A DNA stretch of 64,000 nucleotides from positions 64,001 through 128,000 of the IMG/VR virus record IMGVR_UViG_3300028840_005764; one strand, given 5' to 3'. The notes below the pieces were generated by a model, which was not told the origin of the DNA, made no database searches, and worked only from the letters and a program-made list of their open reading frames with translations. The stretch is from a virus. Shown in pieces: positions 48,958-59,542 of the stretch (its first letter is position 1; each line of letters starts with the position of its first letter). Position numbers and translations under genes: made by a program.

Positions 48958-49871
48958 TTAGAACGTTCCCCGGTAGTTTCCAGCGCCATCCCAGAACAAG
49001 CGCGATCCGTCGGGCGCGATCGTTCCCTCGTCGTCAAAGTGCCAACCGTCGACGCTGGCGATCGTTGCGGCAAGCTTGCCGATCGCGTTTTCTGTTTCGG
49101 TGTAGTGACATTGCGCGTAGTAGAGACGATCGCCCATGGTTTCGCACGTGCTGTCATCATATGGCACGTGGATCGGTGCGTGCGCCGCTTTCTCGTCGAG
49201 ACGATCTGCCATTGTCCCGAAGATCGGCGCGATCGTCGCGTTGTCTTGCGTCGCCAGCGCTTCCTGAATTTGGCCACTATGATCGCGCCGATCGGCGCGA
49301 TCCTTGCGCTGGCGCGCTTCTGATTTGTACCATCGATCGTCTTTGTTGAGCTTGCGCGCGTGCTTCGGAGTGCGATCGATCGCGTTCGGCGCCACGGACT
49401 CGAACAACTTGCGATCGCGCTTTGCTGCGTTGCGTGTTGCTGTTCTGCGCGTTGCGCGCTTGCGGTTCTTTGGTGCGCTTGTGGCCAGTGTTGCGAGTGT
49501 TGCGAGTGTTGCGAGCATCGTGTTTCCCTCGTGTTTCGTGGTTTCTCGTTTCAATCCAAGATCGGGCAATGGCAAATTGCGGTTCTGTCTTCGCGCTTTG
49601 CGGGTGCGCTGTTGAGTTCAACAAAGAGGCTTGCGTGATAGGCCTCAAGTTCGGTTTTGATGCGCTCGCACCTTGCCACGGCGATCGGGTAGAGACGATC
49701 GCAAGCTGCGAGCGTGCGCGCTTGGCACGCTTCGGGTGCCCAGTATGCATGCCAAGCGGCGATCGTTTCGGGTGCTACTTGTACTGTGTGCGCAAGTGGC
49801 AAGCGCTTGTGATTGGCGATCATGCTGGCGACGGCAAGAGCGGCGGAGATACAAAGCAAGATCGTGATCAT
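48958..49871 (-). CDS. Two hypothetical genes (48958-49575, 49551-49871) in a GATC-dense segment
   Basis: GAGGG RBSs upstream of both likely starts. Confidence 0.5.
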
Positions 49872-50618
49872 GTGGTTTCCCTCGTGTTGATATCTCTTTA
49901 TATCACGCTTTAGAGCGTGATTAGATATTTTTTTAATAACGTATTGATATCATTGAAATCTTAGCTCTTGTCTAGGCTAGTATTTCGTGTTGTGTGTGCA
50001 TATGTCACATTAGCCTACATGCAAGCTAAGTTATTGAATTCATTGACTAAGCAATGTGATCTCATTACCCTATAACTTCACATAAAAGACCTATAACTAT
50101 CGGCACAACTTATTGTTATTATTATACAATCTCGACCATAGGCAAAAAAACGGTTTTCGATTGTGTTTTTCCAATGTCCTACATGTAGGACAAGGTATAC
50201 AAATGGGGGTGGATGTAGTATGGCGGGCGCGCCCCTACTACCTTGTCCTACATCTAGTTTGTGGTGCTCGTTTCACTTGTTTTGGTATAATACTTGCTAG
50301 AAAAGTGAGACAATACCTACATTTGTTTACACACATAATTATATATAACTTATGCATAATTTATATATCATTGTACCTATGGCACCATATATATATGTCG
50401 TGCTGAGAGCTCCTAGGATGCTCTCTAACGAACGAAAAAATCGGAGATATCAGCCTATGGATAGGCTTGCGATCGTCCAATACAGAGGAAATGTGATCTA
50501 AATCACATTTTAAAATATATCTTATCACTGCCTCAAAACGAGACGATCACTAGTGTGTCAAATTGCGACAGTGCATAGCTTATCGCTAGGCTACCCAAGC
50601 CGAGACCTAGGCTAGTCT

Positions 50619-50635
50619 AGCAAGTATCGTGCCAA
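50619..50635 (-). promoter_or_regulatory. sigma54 (-24/-12) consensus site
   Basis: TTGGCACGATACTTGCT = TGGCAC-N5-TTGC. Confidence 0.6.
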
Positions 50636-50971
50636 GCAGTGATATTGAGATAACAACTTACACATGAATACATATCAATACATTTACATACATAAGAGCA
50701 TATCTTCACACATATGGTTACAATTGAACACAAAAGAGCATAATTGCATACAAAAGCATACTTATACGCATAACTACGCATATAAAACTACAATTACATA
50801 CAATCTCTTACTTGTATCTACAATTGAACACAAAAACGCATAAATACATACAAAAGAACACATTGCAGCATATGAACACACAATCGCGCACACACGCGCA
50901 CTTGTGGCGCATCTAACCTACACGTAGGCTAAAGTAGGATAACGCAAGGCTAAATAGCTTATCACTAGGCT

Positions 50972-50987
50972 AGCAATAATCGTGCCA
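50972..50987 (-). promoter_or_regulatory. sigma54 (-24/-12) consensus site
   Basis: TGGCACGATTATTGCT. Confidence 0.6.
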
Positions 50988-51055
50988 TCATCTTAGCTTG
51001 GCGCGTGGCTAATTTTCACCGTATCTTATCATAGAAAACTGGCCAGATGTTATGT

Positions 51056-51071
51056 TGGCACGATTCTCGCA
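51056..51071 (+). promoter_or_regulatory. sigma54-like site (one mismatch)
   Basis: TGGCACGATTCTCGCA. Confidence 0.45.
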
Positions 51072-51142
51072 ATGTTAGGTGCCGGAATATTTTGGGGTCA
51101 TATTTTTGATGCCCTAGCCCACCCCCCGGCTACCACAGCCTA

Positions 51143-51256
51143 CCGGTGAGCTAATCATAGACATCAGTGAGCTAATACAGTATTGAGAGCTAATCATAGA
51201 CACCGGTGAGCTAATACCGTCATGAGTGAGCTAATTACAGACACCGGTGAGCTAAT
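51143..51256 (+). repeat. Six iteron-like GAGCTAAT direct repeats
   Basis: Copies at 51148, 51169, 51187, 51208, 51228 and 51249 (spacings 21, 18, 21, 20, 21). Confidence 0.85.
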
Positions 51257-52202
51257 CCCAATCCCCTATGACCCACCAATCCCACGGCATCCACCATAGT
51301 CACAGACCCCCCGGGCCCCACCACCAATTGCCAGCCCACACAGAACTCAACAGAACTAGTATCACGTCTGTAGAAAAAAATATTAGAGTTGGCGGGCCGC
51401 GTCCAGTCCCGTCTATCAACGTACATCCGCCACCCGGCCCCCGTCACAGGGGCTGTGGGACTGGGCGCCCGGCGCTTACCACGCCACGCCACTCACGTTC
51501 AACAACCTGTTCTGGGAACGTTAACTAAGAAAGTAGGTCACTGCGTCCAAGGACCTCAACGTCGTACACCAATTGATAAATGAATTCTCTATTTCTGGTA
51601 CAGAACTGACTCCCAGCCAACATGCCCATAGACTTGATGAATGCGTTATACGTTTCTACCTCGGCAACAGCGTATAGATGTAGACGATTTGTTTCTACGC
51701 CCCACACACATTTATACAGTTCTTTGACCACGTCCCCAACCATTCTCATGGCTTGGTACACGGCGTCTACATCACCCAGTTCCAGGGCCTCAAGTATTGT
51801 AAATACAGTAATTGTTTCTAATCCTTTTTCTGCGAAGAAATGGCGTACTAGCCACACAGGCCATTCCCTACACGGAGTGGCGTCCTTCATTATGTCATCT
51901 ATACTCCAGTGCCTAATCCTTTTGGTTTTCATCTTTGGCACCTGACTTTTTATAATGGTTTTTTATCTAGCCAGAGAACGTAGAGCTGCAGCCCTCACAC
52001 ACGTCGATGAACAACGTTGTGGACAACGGTGGATCACTGTACAGCAGATCGTCGTCAATCAGCGGGGAGCCGGGTGCCTGGCCCAAGAACGAGTCCTCGC
52101 CCCACACGTCCTCACTCAGCTCACTACAGCCGTTGTGCGTCTCAAGCGTGAACATCAACCAATGCCTCCCACCACACACAGGACACGGTCTAAGACTTCT
52201 CA

Positions 52203-52751
52203 TCACAGACTCCTATCACCATTCAGGGTTACGAGTGCGGACACCATGATTTTTGACATTCGTTGCCAGAGTCCTTCACACAGTCCCGGGCGGTAGACAG
52301 CCGCCGTGAAGTCCGTGTGCTCCTTGCAGTACATCTTTAGCCGTGAGTCTTGGTACTTGACGCAGGTCTCGAGGTTCGCGAGTCTGTCCCCGGCCTTCGT
52401 GATGAGAGCGGCTATGTGCACTGGGTTCCTGGCGTCACACGCAGCCAGCCGCTTACGGCTCTGGGCCTTACGCGCTCTGCGATTCGGTCCCGGTCTATCT
52501 GATACCAGGTCCACGGCGTGAGCGATTTGCCAGTCGAAGTTCTGCGCCACGTCGTCAAGCGTGGCACTCGTGTCCTCAACTATATCGTGGAGATAGCCGA
52601 CAACCGAGATCATGGAGCCGTAGTGCTGGAGATGGCGCACAACGTGATCCAGGTGCTCGACGTACGGCCGGTGGTCGTACAGCTGTGTACCATGTGCGTG
52701 GTACGCCAGGCCCCGGGCCCTTGCCACATCCACCCAGTCATAAGTTTTCAT
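52203..52751 (-). CDS. HD-domain small alarmone hydrolase-like (Mesh1/SpoT-HD) protein
   Basis: AH..Q.Y...PY..H...V, LHDIVEDT, K..DRLANL. Confidence 0.82.
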   Translation of the reverse strand: MKTYDWVDVARARGLAYHAHGTQLYDHRPYVEHLDHVVRHLQHYGSMISVVGYLHDIVEDTSATLDDVAQNFDWQIAHAVDLVSDRPGPNRRARKAQSRKRLAACDARNPVHIAALITKAGDRLANLETCVKYQDSRLKMYCKEHTDFTAAVYRPGLCEGLWQRMSKIMVSALVTLNGDRSL

Positions 52752-53647
52752 GGTTATTCTCGTATGATGAGTTTTGAATCCGGTAGAGGAAACACTTCCG
52801 TATCCCTCTCAAGTATTTGTACATTTCCGCTTTCGACGAAACAAACGGCGAGAGATAGTTTCTTTTTTAGCCATTTATCTGTATCAAATACAGTTGTTGT
52901 TAAACCTTTTGTTCCAGGTTTACAATGATCTACACCAATTTCTTTTGGATTTATTAAAATTGCCGGCATTCTGCTGTCACCAACGTAAAAAACTTCTCCA
53001 TATTCCATACTAAATAATTTTTTCTCTTTGTTTTTTGTTTTTTTTATAGTGATTTTCATCTTATTACTCCGTTGTGTCGTACTCTTTGTACCTCTGTCTT
53101 TCGGCTTTGTTTCTATATCTTTTCCACCAGCGTCTTGCCCGAGCCACATGCGTCGAATTACAGCCCTTCTCAGGGCAAGGGTTCTCCCATCTCGGACCGT
53201 TATCATGGTATCTCTCTGTACCCCGGCGATGATTGGGGCCCTTGCTCATTGTGCCTGCTCGTAGCTGATCATTCTAGAACCTCGTGCAGCCACGCCAGCG
53301 TGTTACACAATTTGCACGGCTTGTTGGAATAGAAGTTATTGTCCCAGTCCCATACTCCGGAGACAGAATGCGCGTGCCCAGGGGCATTCTTGATGTTTGG
53401 CCTTGGTGGCCCCACCCACACCAGTGCCTCGGGCGTTCTCTTGGGACCGTGCTGGTTGCAGTACCAAGCGTCGAGAAACTCCAACACAGCCCCGCGCAGC
53501 CGTCCGTTCTCGTCGCGGAGTCTTTCGACCTCATACTCGAGACAGTCGACGCAAACGTCTCGGTCGGCCTCACATGTGCAAGCTGCTCCACCCATCACAC
53601 TCCTCCTCGCCGCGTAGGGCGTCCTACAAACACGCTCATTCACCTAT

Positions 53648-53869
53648 TTACTGCACCTGCTCGTCACACGCCGTGAGGCAATCACTGAGCTTGAACTCAC
53701 AGCTGTTCCAGTAGTAGACGCTATTGGCATCGCGGCACGCGTCACGCTCCTCCACGCACTTTTTCTCGCACAGTTCTGTTGGCGTCATTGGCATGGGTTC
53801 GGGTACCGTGGCACACGACACAGGTAGAATTAGCGACAGTAGAGCAAGTTGGCGGCAGTGGTTATTCAT
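53648..53869 (-). CDS. Small Cys-rich lipoprotein
   Basis: Hydrophobic signal plus VSC, C-x3-C-x6-C-x11-C-x6-C-x3-C. Confidence 0.6.
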   Translation of the reverse strand: MNNHCRQLALLSLILPVSCATVPEPMPMTPTELCEKKCVEERDACRDANSVYYWNSCEFKLSDCLTACDEQVQ

Positions 53870-56286
53870 CGTCTTGCTGAATTTCTATAATACAACCTCC
53901 TTCATACGAATATGGTAGATGGACTTCCTCGCCAGGAGCCACCGGAATTTGTGGGGATGCGTCTTCAGCCTGTACGAAGACCGGGTGCTCAGACTCGTTT
54001 CTCAGTTTGCGGCCGTTGTTCAGCAAGCGAAATCGATCGAAGTGCATTGGCATTTTGTCTCCTACGTCAGTTCCCAATAGAAGTTCATGGCCGTGAGGCC
54101 TGGTCTTTCTCCGTTCTTTGATGATGTACTGTGTATCACTTGTTCCCAACCAGCTTCCACATATTTTTCGGCTACACGCTGTCTGACGTCATTTGAGTAT
54201 TCGCCGCTTACGATAACTGTCATTGGATTTCGTATGGCTTGGTTATTTCTCTTTGCACATTGAACTAATTCTTTTATTTTTTCTTCAATCTCATTTATTA
54301 GTTTATCTACCATCGCGTATCTAGCTATTCCCCTAACTTCATCTGGGGTCGTGAGTTTGCGTTGGTTACTACGCTCTTTGATCCATTGCATCATTTTTGT
54401 GACTTCCAACATCATTTCTCGTTCTGATCTGCTCATTTTATTACCTTTGTTCGTCAGGGTTACAATCAAATCTTTCGCACAGTTTTCTGGCGTTCATCTC
54501 ACCTAGGCCAGTGCATTTCTGTATCAGCCAGTAGAGAGGAGCTGGCGACATGAACCGCACAGTACGTACAAGACCTTCAAGTATTTCTTCATCAGAAGGT
54601 TTTGTTTTAAAACGACGTACATGTTCAACGACGACGTCTCTGTTTCTTTGATAACGATTCATAATGCTATTCCTCTGGGAAATGACCATATGCCATCAGG
54701 CACAACAAATCATTTCTAAGTTTTTCCGTCAGTTCGTTTTCCGGATGCTTGTTGATCCACAGGAGCTTAGCCACATTGTATGCAGCGGCGACTGGATCTT
54801 TCAATGAATACATTACTTGTTTTCTTGTATATCCAAGTTGTTCATACAACTGGAACAACATTTCAATTCTATTCATCAATATGCCTCATTATTCTTTGGA
54901 CGATGTTATTTCTGTACAGATAATCAGGGACTGAATTTGTTAATTCTGATCTGTATTCTTCACACAATGTTTTAAGTTTTTTGTATTTTTTTATTACCAA
55001 AAATAATTCAGATATTTCATTTGGACTGAGTCTGACACCCTTCCCAACTTTTCTATTCTTGTGCATTCTTTCGAGCACAGGGCTCATATATGGCTTCTTT
55101 AGATTTACATACTCTTCTTGCAGGTATTTGACTTCTGCCTCGGCATTCGCGCATCGTACAGCCAATTCCTTGCACAAGGCATGGGCTCTTTCCAGGTCTT
55201 CTTGTTCCCTGGTCTTAGTGTGTTTGATTTTTTGTTGTTTTGCCCAGAGTTCCGACTGAGTATCAGGATCTATTGGAGACATTTATTTATCCTCTTCCGC
55301 GTTTTTTATCACTGAAAGGACATTCAATTGAGTTTTTTTCAATAAATCTTCAATAATTTTCAATTGATTTCTAAGTATTTCTTGATCTTTTTCTAGATTT
55401 TTTATCCTATTTTGTAATGCATTTATGATTTTTTCATCATTTTCCATTTGTTTTAACCAGATTTTCATAGAATTTGTGAGTATTTTCCTCTATTTCTTTT
55501 TGTTTTTCTTTAGGATATTCCCATAGATGACCGAATCTTTTATCTTCATTGCACTTAGCACATCTCCAGTATGGTGCCTCGTTATACAACTTCATCAGGA
55601 TACTGCAGTTCAAACAGACAGGAGGCCCCAGTCCCATTACTTTTCCTTTCACTATACACCGATTGCACTGGTTATTTTTCTATGTTCTTTGAACGCCGCA
55701 TCATATGGCTCGCGTTTTTCTTTCCATAGCTTTACGTCTTCTGCCGTAATTTTCTTGTCACCAGTCAAGTCTTTGAACCAAGACCATGTTTTTTCGTCAT
55801 ATGGATCAATAAATTTTTCTGCCATAGCTATATAATATCCGTCTTTAACCAATCCCATAATGCAAGCATTGGTTATTTCGTATTCAAAAGCTGTTTTGTT
55901 CATAAGCACATAATCATCTTCGTTCCAAAACTCTTGGTCGCATGCGATTTCGATTTTCTTTGCAGAATGCGCGAGTCCGTTGAATGTACCTGACCGTAAA
56001 TTAGATTTCAATTTTCTATTACGTAGTGTACATGTGATTTTCTTTATATGTTTTCGTAGAGAATTTGTATTGAATGGATGAGGCCCCATATCAGAAAGAT
56101 ATAGTGATAGTATTCTTTGTATTTGAGTTTGTGATATTTTCAATCCTTTATCAACAGTAAAGGACATTCCTTCCACTGTGAAATCAACTAATATTTTTCT
56201 AGTGATTAATGTTATTGTTAATATCATTACTGGTATCAATAAAATTGAAAATACAAAAACAATGATAACTGCAACTGAAGCGGCGT

Positions 56287-56610
56287 TCATGTCAATAACC
56301 ACCTGTTGACGTTTTTGCCAGTTCTTGTGCAGAGTATTTTACCATCTTGTTTCACTAGTTCCATACGCTCAAGTTCGCGCAGTTTTCTATGAACGTCACT
56401 GTGCTTTGGCGATACGTTACTCATCCAGATATTGATCTCGAATGCCGTCATTCCATTAGGATAAATATTCTTATGTTTGTACATGGCCGAGTACACCTCG
56501 ACCTGGCGTTCGGTAAGCTTGCCAGATGCTATCAGCTTGTTGTACGCCTCCTGCTGGCGTCTGCGTGCTTCGAGCACGTCACTGGTTGGTTCTAGTGTCA
56601 TGGCCTCCAT
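56287..56610 (-). CDS. Winged-helix DNA-binding protein
   Basis: LTERQ.EVY, GMTAFEI, VHRKLRELERMELV, C..TG. Confidence 0.65.
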   Translation of the reverse strand: MEAMTLEPTSDVLEARRRQQEAYNKLIASGKLTERQVEVYSAMYKHKNIYPNGMTAFEINIWMSNVSPKHSDVHRKLRELERMELVKQDGKILCTRTGKNVNRWLLT

Positions 56611-59116
56611 CGGCTACTCCTTCGGGCAGCAGCGATACTCTGTGCCGCCATAATGGTTCCTGACATGACGCTCACAGTTCAAGCATACTTCGTTTGTGGG
56701 ATCATCTCCACGCTCAAAGCGATGTGATTGTAGAGTCAGCATATTTGAACGAGCGTCTTGTTCCAGGATTTTCATGGCGTAGGAATTTGCTTGTTGTAGA
56801 TCACTTAGCAATATTTTTGTAGTGCTATGTAATTTGCCAAAACTCGTATGGACTTCAATATATGTAACAATTTCTTCCGGCATAATAATCACCATTAACT
56901 ACTGGCTTTGATGAATTTCTTCAGCAGCAGACGTAGTTTCTTTGCGTCTTCAACCGTCAGCATGCACGGTACATAACCGTAGTCAATGCGTTGGGTACGT
57001 GAAAAAAGTATGGCTCGTTTCTTTTGTTTTGTGCAATGGCATAGATACAGAGTGCCTGTCTCTGTTTCTACTGCGCCATATGTTTTTTGACTCATATTTT
57101 ACTCTTTGGGCTATCAGATACTATAATCTCTTTGGTGTCGCCACATTTTCGGCAGTAAAGCATAGAGTATGTTATTGTGTGGTCATAGGCAGGGGTACCT
57201 AATCCAGTTGTTTGCCCATTCATTTTATAATAATTAGCTCTGACGATGTGGTATTCATGGCCTGTTTCTCTGCAACTTGCTGCTGTGTGTCCCATTAGTA
57301 TTGTTCCTCCATATGATGTGTTATTCCAATACTATATGCGCTTTTAGCGGTATTACTATTCTTTCATTTGGTTCAAATTCTATCTGACCATCGTTTAAGC
57401 GAACTACTTGTGTCTTATCGCGACTGGCTGCTGCTTGTTTTTTGTTTGTTGGCTTTGATGATATTTTCATGAATACATATAAATAATTATCGTCTTCATC
57501 TGGCTCTTCAGCTTCATAGTCCTCTAATTCATTTGGATATGTAAAAACTTCTCCATGTTTTATTCGTTCTAAAGTGGCTGCTGGTTGCGTTACTCTTCTA
57601 TCTTTCACCTGCATCTTTTTCTCCTCTTATAACAAATTCGTTTCTTATTGTATCAGTATTATTCATTTTTTGTGTTGCTAACAAACAATAATAATGTGCT
57701 CCTATTGTGACACGTCGCCCTTTATGACCACCAGACTTGTAAGCAGGTCGCACCATGAGCTCACAATCTGTTTGATCTTCGCCACAAATAAAACATGTCA
57801 ATGATGGATCGCCATCTTCATATATTTTCAATACTAGAGAATTTGTTAACTCTTGTTTGGATCCTGACATCCTGCTTCCTTCAACATTCGCAGTATTTCA
57901 GGTGGGTCGCCCCAAGCTGGATCTAGATTATTTACTTTCAATATCGCCACCAATAATGACTTTGCCGGTAGATTTAAGCCCATTTAAAACTGTATCTAAA
58001 TCCTTACCCTTGAATCGATGACGATGTTGATGTTCTGGCGCGTCGTCTTTGCCTAAAGCACGCAACGCTCGTAATACAATCCAATTCTTGGAAACTTCTT
58101 GAGTATCTACTTTTTGCCAAATTTCTTCTAGGGCTTTTTTCATTCTGTCGTTTTTATCAAGCAAATCTCCATAATTTCTCCATGCATCACGTTCGTTGGC
58201 GGCGTGTTCAAAAGCTTCAAGTGCCTTGATCATCAGCTGAGCCAGAATGAAATCTGGAGTATCAGATACATTTTCGAGCGTGTATGTGTTGATCAATTTT
58301 TCCAGATCTTTTCTGAATCCTTGGTTGCTCATGATCCACCTCAATACAGGACAGCCTCTACACCACCAACGATGAAACGTTTATTTTGTCCGAAAACTGT
58401 TTGGTCTAGCATACACACATTGATATTTTGTGGTGTAATACCATATTTCTTTTCAAACTCATTAATAACATCTTGAATTACTCTAGATAGATCATGTTCT
58501 AGTTCTGCTTTGGCTTCTTTCAGCTGATTGATATGAACTGACAGATCCATTGTTAGCTCCTATATCTATATTGGTGTTCTTACGGTTGCGCTCTTGAACG
58601 GCCAACCAATACATACATTGACCATTACTTTTCTACCATTTAGGTTTGTTGCTTTTACTTTATATAATGCAGCATCATTTTTGTTACATCCTCTGAATCC
58701 GACGAGAAATATTGATTTATCAAGTATTTCAATATCTGTGAATCCTAGTATTTCCACAGCTTTTATAGCTTGGTCTTTTGTTGTACATGCGCCTCTAGCT
58801 AATGAAAATGATATTATTAATATAAGTGTTATGTAGAATATTGTTGTCGTTATAGATTGTTTTTTACGCATCAAATTTCCCGTTTATTATTGAATCTAAT
58901 ATTTTACACGCAAGGTGATCGGCATCAGTGAGTGTTATATCTCCAGGGCCATATCTCCATATCATATCGTTTATTCCACGTTTTAATTCTGATACGTTGT
59001 CTGGTTCTAATTCTTTTGGTGTTGGTTCTGCTGATGTGGTTGGAGGAAATCCAAATCGTCTACGTTCTGATTTAGAAAGCGCACCGGCAGGGCCGCCTTT
59101 TGGTGAATCGTCCATA

Positions 59117-59542
59117 TCAACCGCCTCCTGTTTCAGCCAAAATCTTCTTGTAATAACTCACTAGCTCGTCGATATTTTCTTTGTTTTTGATGAGGCTCAT
59201 GGCTTTCAGCGCACGTCTTTGTTCTTTGGCGTCAAGCCATTGATTATCTTTGTACTCTTTTTTCAAATCTTTCTTTTGTTCTCGGTACACATCAATCTCA
59301 GCGTCGATAGCGTTGATCGAGCGGATGAAGTCCGCGATGAGCTGTTCTTTGCTTCTGGATGTGTCTTCTGGCTCGGCTTCCGCCTCTTGTTGCAGCTTGG
59401 CGGCTATGGCCTTGCGCAGTGCTTTCTTCTTGGTGGTATCATCGTACGGCACGTCATAGACTCGTGCCATTTTTTTAAGTTGTTTTTTTGAAAGTTCTTC
59501 AAGATTCTTTGGTATTTGATTCGTCATCATCAACCTCTTCAC
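59117..59542 (-). CDS. GapR/DsbA-like dsDNA-binding protein with N-terminal HeH/Rho-N-like motif
   Basis: LSKKQLKKMA..Y.V.....KK.L ; FI..I..I.AEI....EQ.KDL.KE.K....D.K..R..LK. Confidence 0.55.
   Translation of the reverse strand: MKRLMMTNQIPKNLEELSKKQLKKMARVYDVPYDDTTKKKALRKAIAAKLQQEAEAEPEDTSRSKEQLIADFIRSINAIDAEIDVYREQKKDLKKEYKDNQWLDAKEQRRALKAMSLIKNKENIDELVSYYKKILAETGGG

Noticed and set aside
48841-49870. Cyanobacterial HIP1 signature indicating the host
   Set aside because: The full GCGATCGC is rare and the enrichment is confined to about 1 kb, not genome-wide.
51143-51256. Possible CRISPR array
   Set aside because: The repeat core is only 8-13 bp, the spacers are about 10-13 bp and partly repeated, and there are no cas genes in the window.
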